The translations under genes were made by a program, and so were the position numbers. The notes below the pieces were generated by a model. It did not search any database, was not told the DNA's origin, and saw only the letters and a program-made list of their open reading frames with translations. Below, piece after piece: positions 49,494 to 59,900 of a stretch of 64,000 bases of DNA. How positions within the stretch are numbered: the stretch's first letter is position 1; each line of letters begins with the position of its first letter. Location: the NCBI GenBank assembly GCA_900321255.1, contig ONVK01000002.1, positions 7,856 to 71,855 of the forward strand, written 5' to 3'. This stretch comes from an uncultured Lentisphaerota bacterium (GTDB lineage: Bacteria; Verrucomicrobiota; Kiritimatiellia; RFP12; UBA1067).

Positions 49494-50879
49494 TCAGCGC
49501 TCCGTGAGCATTATGGAACGAAACTTCGCGATGTCGTCATCGGTGAATCCAAGGTCGCGCACGTACTTTACGACGGACTCCTGGATCGTGTCGGCGGGAT
49601 AGTTTTTTACGAAGCCGCCGACGAGCTTGTCGAACAGTTCCTTGTGGTTGAACTTTGCGTTTCGGTTCCAGAACCCCGTGACCTCCCAGTCGAGATACAG
49701 GGCGTCTTCGTCGTAGCCGAGCAGGGCGCCGAGAATTAACGAGACAGCACCCGTGCGGTCCTGGCCCGCAATGCAATGGAAGTCGATGGGGTAGTTCTTC
49801 TCGTCGAGAAACACCTTGAACACCTTCGTAAACGCCGCCTTGCCTGACTGGCCCTGCATGCCGCCGTAGGCGCTCGACGAGTAGTGGAACCACGTAACGC
49901 CATCGCCAAGCGGCGAGCCCGTCATGCCGTGGCACTCGCCGTCCGAACGAAGGTCTATGTCGCTCTTGATGCCAAAGCGAGCGCGGATGTATGCTCCGTT
50001 CTCGCCGTCGACACGGCTCTTCCCCGGCTCCTTGCCCTTCTTCACCTTGGGATCGCCGCCCTTCTTGACGACCGACTTGGCCCGGTGGACGCGAGAAGAC
50101 AGGAATTTCGTGGCCGGCTCGCCTATGTGCCGTGTACACCATTCTTTGTATTCCGGGTCCTCGCGGTCGAATGTCTTGGGGTCGGCCTGCCACGCAAGAA
50201 GCTGGTCAAGGCGCTTCTGGGCCGCATCCGCAGCCGCCTTGACTTCGTCGAGCTTCCCCATCTCCTTGAGCTCGTCGATTGTGTAGTACGTGTCGTGCGC
50301 GTTGTTGTTGAGGCCTGCCGAACGGATGATCATGCCCTGCTTCGCGCGGCGACCGCCGAGGCCGATGTAGCCGCCGAAGTCGCGGACATTCGGAACGCCT
50401 GGATAACGGATGAGACGCGGCGTCCTGTCTTCGGTCTTGAACGTCCCCTTGCCGGAATCGCCGTCGCCTTCGACCGTCCACTCGTACGACGCGGCGATTT
50501 CGAGGTTGTCGATAAAAAGCTCCCCGCTCTTTACCCTTTCGTCGATCACGACCGTGCCCTTCGCCATGTCACGCACCGCAACACGATACTCCACACCATC
50601 CTTCGCCTCCCATGCGAGCCGAACGGTCTTCGGCCAATACGCCTCGCGGGGCTTCTTCGCGCCTGGAACCGTCTCGGCCGGGAGACCCATTTCCTTGCGC
50701 CTGTACGTAGCATCTGCAAATTTCTCTCGGCGAGCCTGCCTGTCCAACGACACATACGCCTTCTGCGCATCGGTAAGCAGCGGAACGGCAACGCCAGCTG
50801 CGGGCTCGATGATCTTGATTTCCGAGTAGGCCGCAGATGCGGCTACAATCGACAACGACAGAGCTACTATCTTCTTCAT
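49494..50879 (-). CDS. Secreted protein-tyrosine phosphatase-like protein (Y_phosphatase3 / CX5R type)
   Basis: Signal MKKIVALSLSIVAASAAYS. N-terminal beta-sandwich-like region. NVRDFGG. Active-site loop FHCIAGQDRTGAV. Consensus promoter TTGACT-17-GATAAT, with the ATG 6 nt after the -10. Confidence 0.65.
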   Translation of the reverse strand: MKKIVALSLSIVAASAAYSEIKIIEPAAGVAVPLLTDAQKAYVSLDRQARREKFADATYRRKEMGLPAETVPGAKKPREAYWPKTVRLAWEAKDGVEYRVAVRDMAKGTVVIDERVKSGELFIDNLEIAASYEWTVEGDGDSGKGTFKTEDRTPRLIRYPGVPNVRDFGGYIGLGGRRAKQGMIIRSAGLNNNAHDTYYTIDELKEMGKLDEVKAAADAAQKRLDQLLAWQADPKTFDREDPEYKEWCTRHIGEPATKFLSSRVHRAKSVVKKGGDPKVKKGKEPGKSRVDGENGAYIRARFGIKSDIDLRSDGECHGMTGSPLGDGVTWFHYSSSAYGGMQGQSGKAAFTKVFKVFLDEKNYPIDFHCIAGQDRTGAVSLILGALLGYDEDALYLDWEVTGFWNRNAKFNHKELFDKLVGGFVKNYPADTIQESVVKYVRDLGFTDDDIAKFRSIMLTER

Positions 50880-50885
50880 GATGAC

Positions 50886-50914
50886 ATTATCCTACGAACC
50901 ACAGTTTAAGTCAA
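50886..50914 (-). promoter_or_regulatory. Consensus promoter TTGACT-17-GATAAT of the phosphatase gene; leaderless
   Basis: -10 at 50891-50886, -35 at 50914-50909. ATG 50879 lies 6 nt downstream. Confidence 0.6.
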
Positions 50915-50919
50915 TGCGG

Positions 50920-51852
50920 TTATTTGCCCGCTGACGCCGCTTTTGCGGCGAGGTCGGCAAACACGGTCTTGTCGCGCGGATGGACGTCGTTCATCTCGCC
51001 CAGCCCCGCCGCAAACGTATCGACAAAGATTGCGCCGGTCTCGTCGCAAACTTGCTTCTGTACGGCGCGGTACTGCTCCCACGGACGGTTCATCTTCGGA
51101 AGTCCCATCATTATAAAAGTTGGGAGTTGGGAGTTGGGAGTTGAGAGTTGGGATACGGACCTAAGTTCCGAGACGAGGGCGCGAAGCGTTTCGAGCTGGT
51201 AGTCGCGGTCTGTCGGCTTGTCGGGCGCAACGCATGTCGTCGCGTTCGACTCGCCTTGGTACCAGAGGATTCCGTCAATCTGAACCTCTCCACCCTTGAT
51301 ACGCTTGATTCCGTAGTCGTACATGAGCGACACGGGCCACCAGCAGGCCTCTTCCCTGTTCGTCCTGCGGCGCGGATACTCGCGCGCGACCCACGCGCAT
51401 GGGAAGTCCTTGTTCTGGTCGAGGCGATGGCGATTCGTCGCAATCGCGGCAAGATGCGGATAGAGCGGCTTGCCATCCTTGCCCAGAGCGCACATCGTCT
51501 GCTCCGAGAGGAACGATTCCGTCGGCGCGCCGCCGGCCGCGACGTAGAGCATGGCGATTGCCTTGCCCGTCGCCTCGGCACGGCGTATCGCGAACGAAAC
51601 ACCGAATGCGCTCTTGCGAAGCGCGTTCTCTGGCGTAAGCTGCCTCCACTTGCCGTCGTTGAAGTCCCAGAACCATATCTGGCATTTCGCGAGCCGCGCC
51701 ATCTCGCCCTTTACGCGTTCCTTCTCCTGCGGAGTCGCGTTGAACTCGTTCCACCCCTTCTGCATGTTCGACTGACCAGCGCAAAGCCAGATTTCGTGCG
51801 GCGCATCCTCAACCTGGCGCGGTAGACTTACTAAGCTGTCGATATCCGGCAT
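50920..51852 (-). CDS. SASA-domain (sialate O-acetylesterase / DUF303-like) carbohydrate esterase
   Basis: WLCAGQSNMQKG (nucleophile Ser block), GILWYQGESN, and a C-terminal MNDVHPRDK His block. No signal peptide in this ORF. Contains an in-frame heptad DNA repeat at 51119-51153. Confidence 0.65.
   Translation of the reverse strand: MPDIDSLVSLPRQVEDAPHEIWLCAGQSNMQKGWNEFNATPQEKERVKGEMARLAKCQIWFWDFNDGKWRQLTPENALRKSAFGVSFAIRRAEATGKAIAMLYVAAGGAPTESFLSEQTMCALGKDGKPLYPHLAAIATNRHRLDQNKDFPCAWVAREYPRRRTNREEACWWPVSLMYDYGIKRIKGGEVQIDGILWYQGESNATTCVAPDKPTDRDYQLETLRALVSELRSVSQLSTPNSQLPTFIMMGLPKMNRPWEQYRAVQKQVCDETGAIFVDTFAAGLGEMNDVHPRDKTVFADLAAKAASAGK
51119..51153. repeat. Intragenic heptad tandem repeat GTTGGGA x3, GTTGAGA, GTTGGGA
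   Basis: Five exact-phase 7-nt units (35 nt) inside the SASA esterase ORF, encoding ...SQLSTPNSQLP... on the minus strand. Confidence 0.9.
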
Positions 51853-52492
51853 AAGCGCGCACGGAAATTGCTTGGTTTTCGTCCATTTTCTCGCGAAGCG
51901 GCTCCTGCATGTCGAGGCCGACTGCGTTCATCTTCTTCGCGACCGCCTCAAGGTCGGCCTGCATCAGAAACGGTTCGGGGCTGCGGTAGAACTTCTGCCC
52001 TTCCGCGAGCGGCGAAAGCTTCGTCCAAATGGCGAATTTCACCTTTGGATTCGCCTTGCGGTAGTCGTCGAGGAGCGCGAGGTAGTCGCTTTCAAACTGT
52101 CCACGCTTCCGTCCGCCGGTGTATTCCTTGATATACTCGCCGTTATCGTTGATGCCGAGGTTGCAAATGACGATATCCGGTTTCCATTCGAGCGCCGCCT
52201 TGTGCTCGGGCATGTAGCGGAATCCGCGCTTCTCGTTGCCGCGCATCGAGTCGAGGTAGATGCCGCGCCCGGAGTTGCCGAAGTTGCGGACCTCGTACTT
52301 GCCCGGCTCGAATTCCTCGAGCATCTTCTGGAGCTGCGCCGGGTACGACTCTTTCGCGCGGTCGGCAAGTCCAAGTCCGTACGTTATCGAGTCACCTATG
52401 CACGCGACCTTGACCGCGTCGGACGAATGCGCGGCCAACGCTGCAAAAAGAACCAATGCGGCGGAAGCGAAGTGTTTCATCTGCATGTTCAT
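51809..52492 (-). CDS. Secreted SGNH/GDSL-family hydrolase (block V His not found)
   Basis: Signal MKHFASAALVLFAALAAHS. VACIGDSITYG (block I), RNFGNSGRG (II), CNLGINDNG (III). There is no DxxH block and no His in the last ~130 aa. Overlaps the SASA ORF by 44 nt. ATGA overlap with the lctP stop. Confidence 0.6.
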   Translation of the reverse strand: MNMQMKHFASAALVLFAALAAHSSDAVKVACIGDSITYGLGLADRAKESYPAQLQKMLEEFEPGKYEVRNFGNSGRGIYLDSMRGNEKRGFRYMPEHKAALEWKPDIVICNLGINDNGEYIKEYTGGRKRGQFESDYLALLDDYRKANPKVKFAIWTKLSPLAEGQKFYRSPEPFLMQADLEAVAKKMNAVGLDMQEPLREKMDENQAISVRAYAGYRQLSKSTAPG

Positions 52493-53901
52493 TGTATTGT
52501 CCTCCCTATGATGTCAAACAACTTGAATGCGAAAGTGGCGGCGCAGGCAAGCGACAAGACGGCGACGAAAAACGGGAATGCGCGCTTCATCACTTCGCTT
52601 TCACGTCCGGCAAGCCCGGCCGCCGCACATCCGAGCACGATAGACTGCGGGCAAACCATCTTCCCGATTCCCGCGCCCATGACGTTCGCCGCGGCAAAGA
52701 GAAGCCGCTCTGCGTCTGACGATCCGACGGATGCCTGCAACGCGCCGAAAAGAACATTTGTGCTCGTGCCTGAGCCGGTGACGAAACCTCCAAGTGCGCC
52801 GACGATTCCGGAGACCGCTGCATATCCCCCGCCCGTCGCGGAGACAAGTCCTTCGGCAAGATTCCGCGTCAAACCCGCCGCGACCATCGTCTTCGCAAGC
52901 GCGAGCACCGTGCAGATCGTCAGCACAGCGAGGGCATAGCGTTTCGCGGTCTTCGCCGCGACGCCGAGAAGTCGCAAAGGCCCCACTCCCTGGCATAGTC
53001 CGCCAAGCGCCCCGGCCGAGAGAACGACGATTCCCGGCGACGGCTTCCATTCCGCCGGCATCATGGAAACGGCGCCAAGCGCAACGACGACAAAGGCAAA
53101 CGGCATCCACGCCCAAAGCTGTCGGCGCACGTTCGTTTCGCCGCGCTTGCCGAGGAAGGCGAAAAGCGCCATGACGGTGATTCCGCCCACGATGTCGGGA
53201 AGTTCGCACCCAGTGAACCGCGCGGCAAGGCACCATGGCACTACAAACGCGATCGAAGCGCCAAGCGCGAGCTTCCAGCATTCGCGCAGAGCGCGCCATC
53301 CGTCCGCCGCGACAAGAACGAAAAACGGCAGAAGCGCCGTCACCGCCAGCTGCAGCAACACGATGGAAGAAGTCAGCACGCCGACGTCAAGCCCCGTCTC
53401 GCTCGCAAGGACGCTCGTCGGCACTCCAACGGAGCCAAAGGCGGTGGGCGTCGAATTAGCGACGAGACAGCAGAGGACCGCCCTTGCGGGATCAAAGCCG
53501 ACGCCGACGAGAATCGCGCATGGAATCGCGACGGCAGTGCCGAAGCCGGCCATCCCCTCCATGAAGTTCCCGAAGCCCCACGCGACGAGGAGCGCGAGAA
53601 AGCGGCTGTCAGAGGACAGCGAACAAAGCCCGCCTTTGATGTCGGCGATCGCCCCCGAAGTTTCCGTTGTCGCGTATGTGAAAAGCGCGGCAAATATGAC
53701 AAGCCCTATCGGGAACAAGCCCGTCGAGACGCCCTGTGCCGCACATCCGGCAAATTCCCCTGCCGACATTCCTCGCCAGAAAAGCGCCTCGGCGGCCCCA
53801 ACCACAAGCGCGGCAAGAGCCGCCTTCCATGCAGGCGCCTTCACGACGACAAGCGCCGCGACAAGAACCGCAATCGGCAGAAGTGAAAGGACGAATGTCA
53901 T
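52489..53901 (-). CDS. L-lactate permease (LctP/GlcA family)
   Basis: Start at ATG 53901, following the giant-gene stop codon (53904-53906) after a 2-nt spacer. About 12-14 TM segments. LLVAWGFGNFMEGMAGFGTAVAIPCAILVGVGF and CLVANSTPTAFGSVGVP are LctP-like blocks. Confidence 0.75.
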   Translation of the reverse strand: MTFVLSLLPIAVLVAALVVVKAPAWKAALAALVVGAAEALFWRGMSAGEFAGCAAQGVSTGLFPIGLVIFAALFTYATTETSGAIADIKGGLCSLSSDSRFLALLVAWGFGNFMEGMAGFGTAVAIPCAILVGVGFDPARAVLCCLVANSTPTAFGSVGVPTSVLASETGLDVGVLTSSIVLLQLAVTALLPFFVLVAADGWRALRECWKLALGASIAFVVPWCLAARFTGCELPDIVGGITVMALFAFLGKRGETNVRRQLWAWMPFAFVVVALGAVSMMPAEWKPSPGIVVLSAGALGGLCQGVGPLRLLGVAAKTAKRYALAVLTICTVLALAKTMVAAGLTRNLAEGLVSATGGGYAAVSGIVGALGGFVTGSGTSTNVLFGALQASVGSSDAERLLFAAANVMGAGIGKMVCPQSIVLGCAAAGLAGRESEVMKRAFPFFVAVLSLACAATFAFKLFDIIGRTIQ

Positions 53902-53903
53902 GC

Positions 53904-56900
53904 TTACCAAGTCACCTTGACACGGAAGAACCGGTTTGTTGCGCCGGGCTCGTCGAACTCGACATTCTGCCAGTCGTTCGAGAGCGCGGGCTTGCCCTGA
54001 AGGACGTACGTAATATTGCCCAACGTCGTATTGGTAGGCGAGTATTCGACGACCGGCCTCTGCCCTTCCATGCGGATAGTCGCCAGGAACTTGCTCGTCT
54101 CGTTAGTGGGGTCAAGGCCAAGCACATAGCTTTCCCAATAGGAGTAGCCGTTGTTGCCTGCAGATTTCGCCATTGTCTCGTACATTGCGTCTGGCTGACC
54201 TACGATACCTGGGAAGCAAGCCTCGATCCACGAATACGGCACAGGGTAGCCCGTCGTCGACGTGGCCTTTTCGCCGCCCGCCGCCTTTGTCCAGATCTCG
54301 ATGCGCTTGACCGAATACGCCGAGGCGTTCATCTTCGGCGCATTGGCCGTGTACGTATAGTCGAGAGTCTGCGCGTCACTTGCGCCACGATAGAAGTGCG
54401 ACGAGAAGTTGCCGATGCCGAATTCGGCCGTTGACGAGCTGGACTGCCAGTTGTTGTAGGCAAACAGCACCTGCCCACCACGCGTTATTCCGTCCGGCGC
54501 TGCTTTAGCAGGAGAGAAAACACGATGCACCTGCATGCAGCCGTACGAGCCGGACGTGGAAAGCGTGTCGTTCCAGTCGCAGCAGGATGAATTGCCCGCC
54601 GGTGCGCCGGAAACGCCTGAAACATTGCCGTTGTAACCAAATGGCGAGAACTCGACGAAACCAGTGACGGAATCGTCGGTTGCCGCGACATCGTCGATGC
54701 CGTTGTGATTGGATTTGACGTGAAGGTTGGTGACGACTTGCTGGTGGCTGGCCACAGGCAAACCAACGGCATCTATCGTCGTGCCAAACGCATCCATGTC
54801 CACCCAGACCCACCTGTGCGCGTTATTGTCGGTACGGACATATTCGACGAAATAGCCCACCTTCTCAATGTTCTCCGTTGCGCCATCACCCGTTACGACA
54901 GACGGAGCATTCGTGCTCGCCACATCTATCGTACGGCAGAGCTTGTATCCGCTCCTATATTCGGCAAGTTCGCTCTTGGCCGCAGCGCCAAGTTCGTCGG
55001 CTGTTGGCGCGGCAGGAATGGTCGCGGACGGGAACACCTGAGTAGCCGTAAACTTGTTGGTGATTACAGAGAGCCACCCTTCCGCCATCTGGTCGTGACC
55101 CCACCAGTCAGGGTGCAGATGGTCGCCGCTATGATCGAACAGGATTCCGTATTCGCCGCTCTTGACGTAGGAGTTGAGATCCGCCAGGAACACCTTGCCG
55201 GTCAACTCGGACGGCAAATTGTCGACATAGGTCTTCAGTAGCGCATTTACCTGCGGAATCATACCGACAACATGATTGTAGTTGCCGGAATTATACCCGC
55301 TTTCGACATTGATCTGATTGCCGACGACTATCTTGGTATTCGGCAGGTTCGCGGCAAGATGCGCGACAATGTTCGTGATCGACGCCACAACCTGCGCGGC
55401 AGAGAGTCCTGTCGCAGGAACGATGTCATTGGCGCCGGCCAGGAGCAGCACAACGTCGGGATTTCCGGCCTGCGCAGAGAGGGTATCAACATTCTCGCAG
55501 AGATTGGCTCGACCCGCTGCACTCGTCGTAGGACCGGCCGTTGCGCCATGCTTGGCTGAGTGCCACTTCCATGCATCGGGCGCAACCTGTCCGGCAGGAT
55601 CGATAGCATCAGCACCGTTGATCTTGTCGTAGCACCCGACCATCTCGACATTGAAGCCGAGCATCGAAAGCTTCTGTGCAAGGAGAACGCGATAATTCGC
55701 CCTCGTTCCGCCGGCATTGAAGCCCTCGGTAATAGAGTCGCCGTATGGCCAGACCTTGAGGGTTCCCCTTGTCGCCTGCGTGGCCTGATTCCAGACGCGC
55801 AGGTAGATCGCCTTTGCTCCATAGACAAGTTCGGCGGATAGGCCTTCGGGCAGTCCGGAAACATCAAGACTACCGACATGTCCGTAGCCAGTTGACCACT
55901 TCTGCGCAGTCGTCCAGGTCGCGAGCGTGTAAGTCCCTTCGGAAAGTTCAGAGGCATTGGCTATCTTAATCGCACCGGAGGGCGAAAGCTTGCCGATCGT
56001 TGGATACTCTTCAGTCTCGCCAACTATGAAACTCTTGGTCTCGTCGGCCTTGACATTAAAGCTAGTCAAATCAGCCGGCGTGTAGTAGCCGTTAAAGACC
56101 ACGACCTTCTCGACCACGAAGCCCGTGAAAGGAGACCATGCCAAATCTGCGTTTGGCAAACCTGAAGGCCCGCCTATGCCGATTGCCTGAATGAGATCGC
56201 ATGTGAATGTAATGTCACCAGTTGCGGCAGTAGAGCCGCCAGTCATGCTGTCAAGCGAACCGCCCACATAGACAAGCATATCGTCTATTTTGCGGGCGCA
56301 GAGGAGATAACCCTCACCCTCATTGAGCGACGCGGCAGTATTGAGCGCCACCCACTTGTTGTTGCCACCATTCCAGCTTCGGTTTACCGCAAGTGTTCTC
56401 GCGGACTGCGTGTATGCACCCACGTCGATCTTGACGGAATTGCTCAACGTCTCGCCAAACGTGACGACTGGCGCGTTCACGGTCGCAGGTGTCGCACGGT
56501 ATTTGACGAGAACCGTCAAATTGCCGCCGTTCGCGCCATTGCGGACATCCACCACCGCCGCCGCGTCGCCGATGGTGAGCGTGCCGCCGAAGGTGTCGTC
56601 CTTCGCGGCGGTCGTGCCGCTGACGGAGAGCGTGTAGTCGCCCTTCGTAGTCGTCTTGAAGTCGTTGACCCACGAGACGACGGGATCGATTGTATAGCGG
56701 TCGGAATCAACCGGCCGCACCGCTCCCTGCGCCGGGAACTGGTAGCCCGCGAGGTCGCTCGGGGTAACCCATCCGTCGAAGAGCGCAACGCTCTTGACGA
56801 TCATTCCCGCCCAAGGCTTCGCGCCCGCGACGGTCGGCCCACCGACGCCGACAGACGCTATGTACCGGTCGGATCCCGTGAACCGAAGGCCTGATTTCTC

Positions 56901-59900
56901 GCCGCCGGAAAGCGTCGAAAGCGCCTCGCCAGAATAAACGGCGGTGCCGTGGTCGTTCGGGTTCGCGTCTGTAGCCCAGGTGGAGATGAGGACATAGCCA
57001 TCCTGAGGCATGGTCTGCGCTGGATTGGAGAATGGATAGTTTCCTCCTGCACTTACTGCCGAACCAGTATACCAATATCCCTCAAGCGCAGAAGAGCCAG
57101 ACGCAGCAAGCGCACCCAAGTCATACGTCGAGAACATCGACGCGGGGACAGAGTTCGCCGCAGGCGCTCCGCCGGACGGCAGAGAATACTGAACGAGCAT
57201 CGTCACCTTCTGGTGCGTCGCATCCGGAAACGCGATTGTCGCGCCGAGCGTAGTGGAGCTGCCGATGACAATCTGCCCGAGCGCGTTTGTCGTGTTGCCG
57301 TTCAGCGAAACCTCAAGGCCGGCATGCGCGCTCCTGTCGTCATCAAACTCGCCTGCGACCCACACGGCGACCGGCTCAGGGCCGGCATATTCCGGGTCGT
57401 CGTCAAGCACCGTCTCTTCATCGATAATCGACTGGCCGACGGCGAAGTCGTAGAACCTCATGTAGTCGATGAGCGCGTTTGCGTCATCGCAAGGATCATA
57501 CGAAGTATTGTTGCCGTTCTTGACCGATCCAATCTGGAATTCCTTGGACACGGATACAGTTGCCGATTCATCGACCTTCAGCACTCCATCGACATAGAGG
57601 CGAACCCTGTTAGCCGTCTTGACAATCGCATAGACGTGCTGCTTTGTTGTCGCATCGCTTACCTGAACAGCTTCGCCGATGAGACTGTCCTTGCTGGCAA
57701 GTGCAACGGTGTTTTCGCCAGTGCCCGCGACCAATCCGAAGACGTTTCCGCCGTTCTTTCCGAACATGAGCATCATCGTGGGCGTCGCGCTGTTCGCTGC
57801 GGGCAATGTGCAACGCATGAACACCGACCATTCGTCGTCCGGCATCGCAAAAGTCTTGTTGATGTACGGCTTGCACCTCATGTAGATCTTCTCGGACTTC
57901 GAATCGTAGGATGCCGTCCCATTCCAAATGTTGAGTCCGGTGGTGTCGGTTCCGACAGAATTCATATTGCCGTTGAATTCGTAGTCAAGCAGGTATTCGA
58001 CTGTAACGGACGGATCTGCCGCGAGGACATACTTGCCATCCACGGCATCCTCTGCCGTAAAGGTTTCAAGCACCTGCCCAGTCTTGTCCTTGAGCACCAT
58101 AGTCGCGCCATCATTCAGCGTTACGGTGTCGATTGTGCAGCCATTGATCTGGTTGTCCTTCGTGACAGTCACCTCAAGCGAAGCGCCAAGACCGACGGTG
58201 AGGTTGCCGACATCGCTGGAACTGCGCGAAAGGATGACGTCGGACACATTGATATTGCAGTTGGTCGCCTTGGAGAGGTCGCCAAACGACACTTCGCACG
58301 AAATGTCGCAGTAGATCGTGCCTGTGTAGTCGGCGGAGATTCCTTCGACCACAATCTTTCCGCCGGCCTTGGACGATGTGAGATAAACATCGCCCGAACC
58401 AGAGAAGACATTGGGGCCGAGCGTAAGAATGGAGCCATTGGCGTCGACTACCGTATGCTTGCCGCTTGCCGCGCAGAAGTTTATTGTAGCAGTCTCCCTG
58501 AACGCATCCGATCCTTCCTTTACACGGTAAGTGCCAGCCTTGAAGTTTAGCGTTGGCGCAGGATCGTTTGCCGATGCCGCCGAGACCTGAAGAACGGCAC
58601 CGTCCTCAAGCGCAACCGACGCGCCCGCGCCGTATGTAGTGATGTTCTTCGCTTCGACCACGCCATTTACCGTAAGCGCTCCGCCTTCACCGAGGTACAA
58701 TCCGCCAGCCGCCTTCCATGTTGCGCCAGCTGCAACCGTCGCCGCCTGGCAGACATGCAATCTGCCGTCTGTGCCAGTGTATGAGGACGGAACGGACTGG
58801 CCAATTGCAACCGTCTTGGAAGCCAAGTCAAACGATCCAGTCCAGCTGGAAATGTCCTTGAGGAGTATGTTCAGGGCAGTTGCGCTTCCCGAAGTCTTGA
58901 ACGTTCCGTTGCTGACCAAAGAACCGATTATCACAGGGTAACTGCTGCTGCCAGAGTTCAAATCGAACGCCGGAGCACCATCATAGTCAATCAATTCCAA
59001 AACACCCTCGAATGCCTTGTTGCCCATCAACGAACCGGTTACGCCATTAAGTCTGATCTTGGATTGCGCATTGCCGTAATTGGGAAGTTCCAGATTATTC
59101 ACGCTCTTGTTGCAGAACACGACCGTTCCCTGCCAGTAATTGGCATCCGGCAAGGCGCTTCCGCCGGTCTCATGCTTTTTCAGGTTGTCGGCGTAGGCGG
59201 AATCCAATTCGCAAGAGAGGACAAAGCCAGAGGATGTGGACAGTTTTTTACGCGGTATTACGGCCTTTGGTTGGAAGAATGTGGTAGTGATGTGCGTCTC
59301 GACCTCGTTTTCAAGGACGTCCGCCGTAAGCAAAGCAGATGTATCCGTATTGTATTTGCCAATTTCCAATTTGCTAGCGCCTTTCACAAGCACATATCCA
59401 AGATTTCTCTCCGCCGATAGATCAAGCCGCATCATCGTACCGTCGGTGTCGTCAAGGGCGGAATTGAAGATTACATAATCGCCTTCACCTGGCAAGCCTT
59501 TCGACCACTTCGCGGAATACTTGTCGCCGAACAAAGCATAATTTTCACCCGTCCAGACATTGGCATCGGATTCATGCGCTATCTTTATGCCCGGGGCAGC
59601 CGCCGTCGTTGTGGCATCGACTTCGGTGCCATCATAAAGTACAAACTTGACTGCACCAGAAGTATAAAGCGGCAACCACCAATCGTAACCCAATATGGAC
59701 TGTGCCTTTGAGAGCTGTATTTTCAGCGTTCCGCCACCGACCGAAACAGTCGAGTAGTCTCCAGTTCCGGCTGGGATGGTCAAATCTCCACCATAGAGCT
59801 TTACCGACGATGTGACGGTACCAGACAACACGCTGGATCCAGAGGTGATGTTTATGGAGCCTGTGCCAGTGATCGTGGACGCGACATTGGCATTGACAAG

